64,000 nucleotides of DNA from an uncultured Chloroflexia bacterium (GCA_963734535.1 CAVTHS010000010.1:256001-320000); one strand, 5' to 3'. Numbered from the stretch's first letter, positions 52,853 through 62,909 are shown. A program made the numbers and translations. The notes: a model not told the origin generated them from the letters alone.

Positions 52853-52973
52853 CGCGGGTCGCGAGCGGGCGCGCCTCGGCGGCGCGCCCTGCCCGCCACC
52901 GGCCGAGGCTTCAGACTGGGCCGGTGAGCCCGACACGGCGCCGCGCCGGACGCATGACCATCGCCGCCCGCCG

Positions 52974-53726
52974 ATGAGCCCGTTCGAGGCGATCGCGATC
53001 CTGGCCGCCGGCCTCGCGGCGGGCACGATCAACACCGTCGTCGGGTCGGGCTCGCTGATCACGTTCCCGACGCTCCTCGCCTTCGGGTATTCGCCGGTCG
53101 TGGCGAACGTCTCGAACACCGTGGGGCTCGTGGCAGGCTCGCTGAGCGGTGCGATCGGCTATCGCCGCGAGCTGACCGGCCAGCGCGGCAGGGCCATCCG
53201 CCTCGGGATCGCGGCGACCGCCGGCGGCCTGACCGGCGGGCTGCTGCTGCTCGCCCTCCCGGAGTCGGCGTTCGAGCGGATCGTGCCGATCCTCATCCTC
53301 GGCTCAGTGGTCCTCATCGCGATCCAGCCGCGACTGTCGCGGGCCATGGGCGACCGGCGGGTCGAGGGTGCGGAGCACACCGTGCCGCTCGTCATCACGA
53401 TCTTCCTGACCGGTGTCTATGGGGGTTACTTCGGGGCCGGCCAGGGGGTGATCATGATGGCCCTGCTGGCGACCTTCCTGCCCGATGCCCTCCAGCGGCT
53501 CAACGGCCTGAAGAACGTCCTCGCCGTGCTGATCAACGGCGTCGCGGCCATCCTGTTCGTCGCGGTTGCCCCGGTGGCATGGTCCCCGGCCATCCTCCTC
53601 GCGATCGGCGCGATCGCCGGGGGCCAGGTCGGCGCGCTCGTGGGCCGGCGCCTTCCCGCGAGCGCGCTGCGCCTCGCGATCATCGTGATCGGCACGTTCG
53701 TCGGCGTCCGTCTCCTGATCGCGTAG
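52974..53726 (+). CDS. TauE/SafE (TSUP) family transporter
   Basis: INTVVGSGSLITFP, YGGYFGAGQG and NGLKN motifs. Confidence 0.92.
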   Translation: MSPFEAIAILAAGLAAGTINTVVGSGSLITFPTLLAFGYSPVVANVSNTVGLVAGSLSGAIGYRRELTGQRGRAIRLGIAATAGGLTGGLLLLALPESAFERIVPILILGSVVLIAIQPRLSRAMGDRRVEGAEHTVPLVITIFLTGVYGGYFGAGQGVIMMALLATFLPDALQRLNGLKNVLAVLINGVAAILFVAVAPVAWSPAILLAIGAIAGGQVGALVGRRLPASALRLAIIVIGTFVGVRLLIA

Positions 53727-54053
53727 GACACGAGCCGGTCGGACGACGCTCACCCTTGGGCGATCATCCGTGGTCATGGCCACGGGCCGCGGTAGAGGAA
53801 TGCCGAAGGCGCCAGCCACTGCGCTCACCGGCATCCGGCGAGTGTGTCCGCCGAGGCGCAGGAACGGAATACCGCTTGAACCGTCCTCTCGGGCTGATCC
53901 CGTTCGCGTCGGGCCGGGTCTCGGTGCCATTGGGCACAGGGCCAGGGCCGAATCGCAGTATCGGGCGTCGATCCGGACGCATAGCGTGATGAGGCGGCGA
54001 ATCGCCAGCGCCGGTTCGACGTTGGCTGCCGCACCGCCTGGAGGGCTTCACGC

Positions 54054-54356
54054 ATGCTGCCGAACCGCAGGATCCAGGTCGCAGCCGGGATGCTCGTGGT
54101 GACCGGGCTGGTTGCCGGCTGTGGTGGAGGGAGCCTCGAGGCCGCAAAGGTCGCCTCGTTGGTCAAGTCCGAGTTCGAGGCGCAGACCAAGAACGTGGTT
54201 ACCGAGATCACCTGCAACGGTGGTGCGGCGGTGAGCGTCGGCTCGACCATCGAGTGCCAGGGCAAGGGCCAGAACGGCCACGCCTACAAGTTCGAAGTCA
54301 AGCTCAAGGACGACAAGGGCGCGATCGCCTGGTCGTCAACGGACCTCAATCCTTGA
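54054..54356 (+). CDS. Lipoprotein, DUF4333-like
   Basis: Lipobox VAGC; ITC...GSTIEC Cys pair; GGAGG RBS. Confidence 0.7.
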   Translation: MLPNRRIQVAAGMLVVTGLVAGCGGGSLEAAKVASLVKSEFEAQTKNVVTEITCNGGAAVSVGSTIECQGKGQNGHAYKFEVKLKDDKGAIAWSSTDLNP

Positions 54357-54555
54357 CGTTGCTCCGGGCGCGGGTGGCGCGGTCCTTGCCTCCCCAGAAC
54401 CTGACCGAACGTGCGGATGAAGCCGCCCGGGTCGCCTGGGTGCGCAACCAGTTCGACCGGATCGACGTCGACGACAGGCCAGGGGAGGCCGCTGCCGCGT
54501 GGCGGACAGAGGGAAACGAGATCGGCGGTACAGCCGGTCGACCGTACTGAGTGAG

Positions 54556-54630
54556 TGGCTCCGGCGGTAGGATTCGAACCTACGACCAAGCGATTAACAG
54601 TCGCCCGCTCTACCACTGAGCTACGCCGGA
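54556..54630 (-). tRNA. tRNA-Asn(GTT)
   Basis: Reverse complement TCCGGCGTAGCTCAGTGGTAGAGC...GCGA-CT-GTT-AA-TCGC...GGTTCGAATCC...CGCCGGAGCCA. Confidence 0.96.
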
Positions 54631-54819
54631 GCGGAGGCGCCCGCCGCGGTACGGGCCGGGCGCGCATCGGGCGGCCGGGGCCGCGCCGGCCGGAAGAATA
54701 GCATGGGATCCGGGCGTCGAGGGCGCCGGCCCGGGGCGTCCGGCCACGCGGACCCTCGTGCACGGATCCGCCGGTCCGGCCAGCGCCGAGCGCCACCCGC
54801 CGGATGCGATACTCCGGGG

Positions 54820-55782
54820 ATGAGCCTGATGTCCGTGGCGGACCTCGCTGCGTCGCTCGGCGATCCCGGCCTCCGGATCGCCGACGTGCGCTGGTCGCTG
54901 GCGGCTCCGGGTGGCGGGCGCACCGCATACTCGAGCGCGCACCTGCCGGGCGCGGTGTTCGTCGATCTCGAGACGGTGCTGACCGCGCCCGAAGGGCCGG
55001 GTCGCCATCCCCTCCCCGACCCGGCCACATTCGCTGCAGCCATGGCGGCGCTCGGGATCGGGCGGGGTCATCGCGTGGTGGCATACGACGACGCCGGCGG
55101 GACCGTGGCGGCGCGCCTCTGGTGGATGCTCGACGCGCTCGGGCATGCGCGCGTCGCCGTCCTCGACGGCGGGCTCGGCGCCTGGCGTGACGCCGGGTTG
55201 CCGCTGACCGCGGACGTCCCGACCCACGCCGCGGCCGAAATGGTGGCGACGCCCGGCCCCGGTGTTCCCTGGCCGGGGACGATCGATCGCCCGACGCTGG
55301 CTGCCCGGTTGCGCGACGTGCGGCTCCTGGACGCCCGGGCTCCGGAGCGCTACCGGGGCGAGATCGAGCCGATCGACGGGATCCCCGGTCACATTCCGAC
55401 CGCCGTGAGCCTGCCGACGTCCGAGCTCCTGCGCGGAGACGGGCGGTTCCTCGCGCCGGACGCACTCGCAGCGCGGTTCGCGGTCGCCAGGGCGGCGGAT
55501 CGGAGCGGACCCGACAGGACCGCCCGGAGCGTGGGTGGTGTCTCGGCGACCGTGAACGGCACCGGGCCCGAAGGTGCCGTCCGCGGGCCGGTCGTCGTCT
55601 CGTGCGGCAGCGGCGTGAACGCGTGCCAGCTCGCCCTCGCGATGCGCGAAGCCGGGCTCCCCGATCCGCTCCTCTATCCTGGGTCCTACAGCGACTGGAC
55701 CCGCTCGGGCATGCCCATCGCGGTCGGCGCCGAGCCAGGTCAGCCGCCGGTCCCGAATCTGGCGCCGGGCGGCACGGGCTGA
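54820..55782 (+). CDS. Tandem rhodanese sulfurtransferase (SseA/3-MST-like)
   Basis: HLPGAVF, GRHPLP, AARLWW, LDARAPERY, GHIP, active-site CGSGVNA and YPGSYSDW motifs. Confidence 0.93.
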   Translation: MSLMSVADLAASLGDPGLRIADVRWSLAAPGGGRTAYSSAHLPGAVFVDLETVLTAPEGPGRHPLPDPATFAAAMAALGIGRGHRVVAYDDAGGTVAARLWWMLDALGHARVAVLDGGLGAWRDAGLPLTADVPTHAAAEMVATPGPGVPWPGTIDRPTLAARLRDVRLLDARAPERYRGEIEPIDGIPGHIPTAVSLPTSELLRGDGRFLAPDALAARFAVARAADRSGPDRTARSVGGVSATVNGTGPEGAVRGPVVVSCGSGVNACQLALAMREAGLPDPLLYPGSYSDWTRSGMPIAVGAEPGQPPVPNLAPGGTG

Positions 55783-55950
55783 CGGACCCACGGCCTCCGA
55801 CTCAGGGTCGGCGACCGTCGTGCGACGGTGGGGCCGGTCTCCGGGTCGAGGACAGCGCCGGGATCGGTCGAGAGCGGCGCCTGCCCCCGACGACCGCAGT
55901 CCCTGATTCGCGACCATTCGGCGTACGCGCGGCGATAGACTACCGGCGCG

Positions 55951-56919
55951 ATGCGCACGCCCGGACTCTTCACGCGGTATGCGGGGAACCCGATCCTGAG
56001 CGCCGCCGACATGCCCTACCGGGCGAACACCGTCTTCAACGCCGCGGCGGCCGGGATCGACGGCGAGAGCCTCCTTCTCATGCGCGTCGAGGACCTCCGG
56101 GGCATCTCGCACCTGACCGTCGCGCGCAGCGACGACGGCCGAACCGGCTGGCGCATCGACCCCGAGCCCACGCTGATGCCGGATCCCGATCATCACCCGG
56201 AGGAGGTCTGGGGAATCGAGGATCCCCGCATCACCTGGCTGCCCGAGCGAGACGAGTGGGCCATCGCGTACACCGCATTCAGCCGGCGTGGGCCGCTGGT
56301 GTCGCTCGCTGTGACACGCGACTTCCGGCATTTCCACCGTCTCGGCCCGGCGATGCCGCCCGAGGACAAGGACGCCGCGCTCTTCCCGCGCAGGATCGAT
56401 GGCCGCTGGGCCCTCATCCATCGCCCGACGCCGCTCGCCGGCCCCGCCCACGTCTGGCTTGCATTCTCGCCCGACCTGCGCCACTGGGGCGACCACACGC
56501 TCCTCTTGCCCGCGCGCGAAGGCGCCTGGTGGGACGCCGGAAAGATCGGGCTGGGACCGCCACCCCTGGAGACGCCCGAGGGATGGCTGATGCTCTACCA
56601 CGGTGTCCGCTCAACGGCGAGCGGCTCGCTCTATCGGGCGGGCCTCGCGCTCCTCGACCTCGAGGATCCGCGCCATGTCCTCCACCGAACGGACGAGTGG
56701 GTGTTCGGGCCGCAGGACTCCTATGAGCAGACCGGCGACGTCGGAGGCGTCGTCTTCCCTTGCGGCTGGATCCACGACCCGATCACGGATGAGGTCCGGG
56801 TCTACTACGGCGCGGCCGACTCAGCGATCGCGCTCGCAACGGCGACCCTCGCGGACCTCGTTGCATATGTCCGATCCTGCCCGCGGCCCGAGCACCGGCG
56901 GGTGGCCGAACGGCGCTGA
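55951..56919 (+). CDS. GH130 family glycosidase/phosphorylase
   Basis: NPIL, VFN, GIEDPRI, DKDAALFP, KIGLGPPP, VVFPCG and YYGAAD motifs. Confidence 0.92.
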   Translation: MRTPGLFTRYAGNPILSAADMPYRANTVFNAAAAGIDGESLLLMRVEDLRGISHLTVARSDDGRTGWRIDPEPTLMPDPDHHPEEVWGIEDPRITWLPERDEWAIAYTAFSRRGPLVSLAVTRDFRHFHRLGPAMPPEDKDAALFPRRIDGRWALIHRPTPLAGPAHVWLAFSPDLRHWGDHTLLLPAREGAWWDAGKIGLGPPPLETPEGWLMLYHGVRSTASGSLYRAGLALLDLEDPRHVLHRTDEWVFGPQDSYEQTGDVGGVVFPCGWIHDPITDEVRVYYGAADSAIALATATLADLVAYVRSCPRPEHRRVAERR

Positions 56920-59285
56920 CGGAGCTCGCGCACCCGCTCGACCGAGAGGAGCCAGGCCAGCGTTGACTCGGCTCCCTGGTTCGGGTTCGCCCCGCTTGGC
57001 GCCAGGCCATCCCGACAGCCGCCCGTGCCCGGGTCGGCCAGCCAGATCCCGAGGTCGTTGGCGCCCAGGAACCAGCCCAGCGCTCGTTCGGCAGTGACCG
57101 CCCAGTGGTCGTCCCGGGTCGCATCCCACGCGAGCGCGGCCGCGGAGACGATCGAAGCGGGCTCGATCGGCTGCTGATCCCACGCGGCGGTCCGCGACCC
57201 GCGCGACCACCACCCGAGGTTGCCGATCGGCCGAATCCAACCGCCGGTTGTCGTCTCGGCCTCGACAAGCCAGGTCAGGACCTCGAGACCGAGGTCGACG
57301 GTCGCCGGACGGCCGAGCGCCGTCCCGGCCGCGATGAGCGCCTCCGGCAGGGCTCCGTTGTCATAGGTACAGCGCTCCTCCGGCCACGGCCAGCCCGGGT
57401 CGGCCCATGCGGCGCGCCGGATCGAGGTCTCGAGCAAGAACGCGAGCGGTTCCAGGTGTTCGGCCGCCATCGCCGCGGAGTCGGGGTCGGCGAGGGCCGC
57501 GGCGCAACCCAGGATCGCGTAGGCGCGAGGGCGGGCCCAAACCAGGGCGCGCGCGGCCGGGAGCGCCGCGGCGAGGAGCCCACGCGCGGCGACGGTCATC
57601 GACCGGTCGGGGCACCGGGCCACGGCCTCTCCCAGCGCGTGGATGGCCCGTCCGTGCGCGTCCTCGGAACCGACCTCGTCGAGCCAGGTCCCGTCCTGGG
57701 CCCGAAAGTTCCGGAATCGACCACGAGCCGGGTTGAAGGCCGCATCCAGGACCGCGAGGTCGTGACGGATCGCTACAGCCACCGACGCCCCGGGGTCGAC
57801 CTCCCCGTGCCGAAGGTCCACGCGGAGCATGCGAGCCACGTCGTCCGTGCAGGACCCGTCCCGCGGATCCGGCAACCGGCCGTTGGCGAACTGGTGGATC
57901 CCGATCGCGGTCCGGAGCTCGTCGAGGTGCCGGCGCGCCAGTGGCAGGTCAACCGGCGTCTGCGCCCGAGTCGCAGCCATGCGGTGCGCCGGGTGCCCGG
58001 CGTGCGCCGCCGTCGGGGCGGCCCGGGACCCGGCAGACGGGTCCGGCCACGGGTGCTCAACGGTCGCGGCCTCGTCCACGGCCCGCGCGAACAACCGGGT
58101 GTACTCGAGCGCCACATTCGGCCACAGCATGGAGCGCCCAAGTTCGCGGCCCCGCCGGCGAAGCGTTTCGCGCACCTCGTCGTCGGTCAGGATGGACGCG
58201 AGCGCGCTGGACAGCGCAGCGGGGTCCTCGAATGGGACCAGCACGCCGCGGCCGTCCCGAAGCAGCTCGCACGCGTGTGCGTATGGGGTCGATATGACGG
58301 CGGCTCCAGCCGCGAGCGCGTAGGCGAGCGTGCCGGACGACATCTGCTGCGCGTCCCGGTACGGGGTCACGAACACGTCGGCGGCCACGAGCCAGGCCGC
58401 AAGCTCCGGGTCGCCCAGGTATCGGTCCACGAAGCGCACCCGGTTGGCGAGCCCGAGCTCGCAGGCGAGCTCGCGGAGATCATCGCGGTAGCGTTCGCCG
58501 GACTGGCGCCGGACCTCGGGGTGCGTGGCGCCGACGACGGCGACCGTTGCGTCAGGCACCTGGTCCACGATCCGGTGCACGGCATCCAGGATGAGCTCGA
58601 TGTTCTTCGACGGGCCGAGCAGCCCGAAGGTCAGGATGACCTTGGCGCCATCGAGCCCGAGCTCTGCGCGCACGCGGGATCGTTCGACGCCACTGAAGTC
58701 CGGGACGCCGTGCGGGACCACCGCAACCCGATCGCCGTCGGCGCCATACCGCTCCACCAGGACGGAGCGCCCGCGTTCGCTGATCGTGACGAGCGTCGCC
58801 GAGCGAGCGGCGAGATCGCGGACGATCCGGGCCTGGCCTGCGGTGGGCCGGGCGAGAATCGTATGAAGGGTGGTCACGAGCGGGATGGACAGACGATCGA
58901 CGAGGTCCAGGACGTGGCGCCCATTGGGACCGCCGAACAGCCCGAACTCGTGCTGCAGGCAGAGGACCTCTGCGCCATCGGCGACCAGGTCCATCGCCAG
59001 GCGGCGATACGCGCCCCGATCGTCGGCCCGCAGCCGGTATCGGACCTCGGGCGGGTAGACAGGCGCGTCGACCGCCGGATCCAGGGCCGCAACGCTGATG
59101 GGAGCGTGGGGACCGGCGCTTGAGCGGAGTCCCTCCACCAGGTCACGCGCGAATGTCGCGATCCCGCACTGGCGCGGGACATAGGTCGACAGGACGACGA
59201 TGCGGGGCAGCCGGGCGGCCTTCGCCTGCCGTGCCCCGGTTGCGCCGGTCGGCCATCGACCAGGGCTCGTCCCGATCGCGTCCAT
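56805..59285 (-). CDS. GT4 glycosyltransferase fused to a C-terminal helical (glycosidase-like) domain
   Basis: PRQCGIATF, QHEFGLFGG, PHGVP, SSGTLAYA; C-terminal CTDDVAR, SEDAHGR, YDN, DQQPIE and NQGAESTL. Start and stop are uncertain. Confidence 0.88.
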   Translation of the reverse strand: MDAIGTSPGRWPTGATGARQAKAARLPRIVVLSTYVPRQCGIATFARDLVEGLRSSAGPHAPISVAALDPAVDAPVYPPEVRYRLRADDRGAYRRLAMDLVADGAEVLCLQHEFGLFGGPNGRHVLDLVDRLSIPLVTTLHTILARPTAGQARIVRDLAARSATLVTISERGRSVLVERYGADGDRVAVVPHGVPDFSGVERSRVRAELGLDGAKVILTFGLLGPSKNIELILDAVHRIVDQVPDATVAVVGATHPEVRRQSGERYRDDLRELACELGLANRVRFVDRYLGDPELAAWLVAADVFVTPYRDAQQMSSGTLAYALAAGAAVISTPYAHACELLRDGRGVLVPFEDPAALSSALASILTDDEVRETLRRRGRELGRSMLWPNVALEYTRLFARAVDEAATVEHPWPDPSAGSRAAPTAAHAGHPAHRMAATRAQTPVDLPLARRHLDELRTAIGIHQFANGRLPDPRDGSCTDDVARMLRVDLRHGEVDPGASVAVAIRHDLAVLDAAFNPARGRFRNFRAQDGTWLDEVGSEDAHGRAIHALGEAVARCPDRSMTVAARGLLAAALPAARALVWARPRAYAILGCAAALADPDSAAMAAEHLEPLAFLLETSIRRAAWADPGWPWPEERCTYDNGALPEALIAAGTALGRPATVDLGLEVLTWLVEAETTTGGWIRPIGNLGWWSRGSRTAAWDQQPIEPASIVSAAALAWDATRDDHWAVTAERALGWFLGANDLGIWLADPGTGGCRDGLAPSGANPNQGAESTLAWLLSVERVRELRQRRSATRRCSGRGQDRTYATRSARVAVASAIAESAAP

Positions 59286-59670
59286 CCGCCATCTCCTCGC
59301 ACGCCTTCGCGGTTCGGAAGGCGTGGCGTGGTCGGCGAAGTCAGCGAGTTCGAACCGGGCTCTGGTCCGAGACGGGAGTGCGCCGAGCGCCGCGCTTGGG
59401 CCCTCAACAGAGAAGGCCGGGCGGAGGTGTAGCGCCCGGCCACAGGGCACGCGGGCGGGGTGACCCCGCTTCACGCTGCCGGCTGCATCCAGCCGTACCG
59501 ATGGCCAATGCCGGATTTCATTATCCCACCGGGTGGAAGGGCAGGACCCGGGACCGGGACGTGTCGGGGCCGGGGACCTGTCGCGGCAGCGGACCTTCTG
59601 GCGCCGTGCCGACCCCGGCGAACCTGGTCGCGTAACTGGTCGATGAGGCGCCATCGTCATCATGGCCTTC

Positions 59671-60324
59671 GTGGGAACGCGAAGCAGCGCCGCATCGTTG
59701 GGCGCCGATCGGGCACGACGACTCGTGGGCGAGCTGACCACGGAGCTGCGGCGCGCGCGCATCGATCGCTGTCTCAGCCAGGTCGAGGTCGGGCGTGCCG
59801 TTGGGTTGGGCGGGACCCAGGTGTGCCGAATCGAGCGCGGCCAATCGCCCGGAGTCTCGATCGTCGTGCTCTGCCGTCTCCTCGCGGCGGTCGGGCTCGA
59901 GCTGTCCGCGCGCGCCTACCCTGCCGGGGAGCCCATCCGCGACCGCGCCCACGCGGCCGTGCTCGGCCGGTTCCGAGCTCGCCTGCACGGCTCGCTCCGC
60001 TGGCGCCTGGAGGTACCGTTCCCGATCCCCGGCGACCTCCGGGCATGGGACGGATACGTCGATGGCCGGGGCTGGCGGGTCGGAGTCGAGGCCGAGACGC
60101 GACCGGGTGATCTCCAGGCGCTCCAGCGACGCCTGGCACTCAAGCTGCGGGACGGCGGAGTCGACGCGCTGATCCTGCTGCTGTCCGACACGCGCCACAA
60201 CCGCGAGCTCCTGCGTGCTCATGGGGACGAGCTCGTGGAGCGATTCCCTGTCCCGGGGCGCCGCGCGGTGGAGCTCCTCGCGGCCGGAGTCAGTCCGGGC
60301 GGAAACGCGATCGTCCTGCTGTGA
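59671..60324 (+). CDS. XRE-type HTH fused to a PD-(D/E)XK-like (restriction-endonuclease fold) domain
   Basis: LRRAR..LSQVEVG..VCRIERG HTH; C-terminal EVP..GDLRAWD...GVEAETR..DLQA pattern. Confidence 0.75.
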   Translation: MGTRSSAASLGADRARRLVGELTTELRRARIDRCLSQVEVGRAVGLGGTQVCRIERGQSPGVSIVVLCRLLAAVGLELSARAYPAGEPIRDRAHAAVLGRFRARLHGSLRWRLEVPFPIPGDLRAWDGYVDGRGWRVGVEAETRPGDLQALQRRLALKLRDGGVDALILLLSDTRHNRELLRAHGDELVERFPVPGRRAVELLAAGVSPGGNAIVLL

Positions 60325-60375
60325 GATGCCCTGATCGTGGTGCCAGGCCCCGGTGCACGGCCAATGGCGCCGGGC

Positions 60376-60483
60376 GCCTTGCGGCCGTAGGTGCCCTGCG
60401 GCCGCGGTGCCTTGCGGCCGCGGTGCCTTGCGGCCGCGGTGCCTTGCGGCCGCGGTGCCTTGCGGCCGCGATCGCCTTGCGGC
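60376..60483. repeat. 16-bp tandem repeat GCCTTGCGGCCGCGGT, about 6.5 copies
   Basis: Units start at 60376, 60393, 60409, 60425, 60441, 60457 and 60474; three are identical. Confidence 0.92.
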
Positions 60484-60739
60484 AAATGCATCATCCTGCT
60501 CGTCACGTAGCCCCAGGTCAGGCGAGGGCGTCAGGATCCTGCGCGTGGCGAAAGGATCTGCCCGATTCCACCTCCGTCGGGGCCGAAACCGCGCCGTCCG
60601 GCCCCCGACAGACGCCCCGGTGCCGGTCCTGTCGGTCGGAGCGTGCATCTGCCGCAGCGCTCGGTCGAATCCATGCGCCGGCTGCACCGAATCGACGAGT
60701 GGTCCAGCGAAACGGCAGGCAGTCTCGGCCTCGGCGCCT

Positions 60740-61156
60740 TTACTCCACGGGGACCAGGTGCACCGCGATCCCGTAGACCTCGCCGTCGCCGATGTCGCGC
60801 CGCGGGGCGATCGTGAGCCGCCACGACGACCCGCGCAGCGTGATGCGGCCCGCGAGGGGCCGGCCCTCGCGATAGGCGAGATCCATCAGCGCGAAGGCGG
60901 TTCGGGGCAGGTCGAGGAGCGCCTCGGCCGCCGGCAGCCCGACGATCCCCGCGCCGAAGAGCTCGCGGAACGGCGGGTTCCCGTGGACGACGACGTGGCC
61001 CCGGCCATAGAGAAGCCCGGCCGGGTGCTGGACCGGCGGACCGGTCCCGGCGCCCGCGGCAGCCGCGTCCCCGGCGATCGGCCCCGCGCCGTCCGGGGCG
61101 GCGGCGCCTCCCGCGGCACCCGCGTCTCCGGCGTTCGGCCCCGCGCCGTCCGCCAT
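60740..61156 (-). CDS. Small hypothetical protein, possibly PAS-like fold
   Basis: GGGGAG RBS just after the rpoD stop; Ala/Gly-rich N-tail then [15 protein letters not shown]...VGLPAAEAL...GEVYGIAVH. Confidence 0.65.
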   Translation of the reverse strand: MADGAGPNAGDAGAAGGAAAPDGAGPIAGDAAAAGAGTGPPVQHPAGLLYGRGHVVVHGNPPFRELFGAGIVGLPAAEALLDLPRTAFALMDLAYREGRPLAGRITLRGSSWRLTIAPRRDIGDGEVYGIAVHLVPVE

Positions 61157-61170
61157 CTCCGCCTGCTCCC

Positions 61171-62909
61171 CTATTCCAGGTAGTCCTTGAGCTTGCGCGA
61201 GCGGGACGGGTGGCGCAGCTTGCGGAGTGCCTTCGCCTCGATCTGGCGAATCCGCTCGCGGGTGACGTTGAACTCCTTGCCGACCTCCTCGAGGGTGCGG
61301 GCGCGCCCATCCTCCAGGCCGAAGCGGAGCTGCAGGACCCGACGCTCGCGGCCGGTCAGCGAATCGAGCACCGCCTCCACCTGCTCCTTGAGGAGCTGGT
61401 GCGACGCAGCCTCGGCCGGGGCCAGCGCACCCGCGATCCTCGATGAAGTCGCCGAGATGGGAGTCCTCCTCCTCGCCGATCGGGGTCTCCAGCGAGACCG
61501 GCTCCTGGCTGACCTTGATGATCTCGCGGACCTTCTCCGGGGTGACCACGACCTCCTGGCCCTTGGACATCGCCTCGGCGATCTCCTCGACCGTCGGCTC
61601 GCGGCCCAGCTCCTGGAGCAGCTGCCGCGAGACGCGGATGAGCCGGTTGATCGTCTCCACCATGTGGACCGGGATCCGGATGGTGCGGGCCTGGTCGGCG
61701 ATGGCACGGGTGATCGCCTGCCGGATCCACCACGTGGCGTACGTGGAGAACTTGAAGCCCTTCTCGTAGTCGAACTTCTCGACCGCCCGGATCAGGCCGA
61801 TGTTCCCCTCCTGGATCAGGTCCAGGAAGCTCATCCCGCGGCCGATGTACTTCTTCGCGATGGACACGACCAGGCGCAGGTTCGCCGACGTCAGCTGCTC
61901 GCGCGCGTCGCGGCCGATCCGCACGATCTCGCCCTTGCGGTGGGCGAGCTTCGTGTTGAGCGGGACCTCCGGGTCGTAGCCCATGCGCTTGAGCAGGTCG
62001 GCATCGTGGCCGCCCATGACCCAGCGCTCGAGCGCCGGGAAGGCAACCTCGTCGCGGGTCCAGTCGTAGATCGCCCGCAGGCCCACGTTGTCGCGCGAGT
62101 CGAGGTCCCCGTTGTGGACCGCCAGGTAGGCCCAGTCGAGCAGGGTGACGAACGAATCCGCGTCCAGCTTCTCGGCGTACTCGCCCAGGTGACGGCGCGC
62201 CTCCTTGAGGCGCTCCTTGGTGCCCTCCGACGCGACGTCGCGGCCGGCCTTGACCAGGTGGAAGTCCGGGTGCGGCACAAGGAGGTCCGCGGCGCCCTCG
62301 TCGGCGAGCGCCACGCGCACCATCAGGTGCGCCTCGTCGCCGAGCGGCAGGCGGTGCTGCGGCTTCGCGGTCCGGGTCTTGCGCTCGGTGTCGTGGAGCG
62401 TCCACTCGTGGAGGCTGACGATCGCCTTCGCGGGGGCCTCGACCATCCATTCGCCGAGCTCGATCGCCTTGGCCAGGACGATCTCCTCCTCGGCGGTCAG
62501 GAGGGCCACCTTTCCGATCTCCTTGAGGTACATGCGGACCGGGTCGTCGATCCCGATCATGTCGGCCGAGAGCGCCTCGAGCTCCTCCGCGGTGGGCTCC
62601 TCGAGCACCTTCGGGTCGAGCTTCGCGGGCACCTCCGGCACGGGCGCGTCCGCCGGCAAGCTCCGAGGACGCATCCCCGTTCCCGCCGGCAAGGTCGTCG
62701 TCGGCCACGACCAGCTCCGGGAGGCCCGGCTCCGCGCCGAGGTCCAGGTCGTCGTCCTCGTCCGCTTCGGGCACGATGACGGCGACCGCGCCGGCCGCCT
62801 TGCTCGCGGCATTGACGGCCTTCACCTCGGCGGCGGCGGCGCGGCGTCGGCGCGGGCTGGCGGCAAGCACCGCCTCCACCAGCTGGCGGTCCATGGGATC
62901 CTGGGTCAC
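61171..62909 (-). CDS. rpoD: Primary sigma factor RpoD (frameshifts near 61432 and 62680)
   Basis: [49 protein letters not shown] and [17 protein letters not shown] motifs; follows dnaG. Confidence 0.96.

Noticed and set aside
60740-62812. 690-aa RpoD fused to the downstream protein
   Set aside because: An extra G near 61432 moves region 4 to another frame; the corrected rpoD ends at 61171 and the downstream gene has its own RBS.
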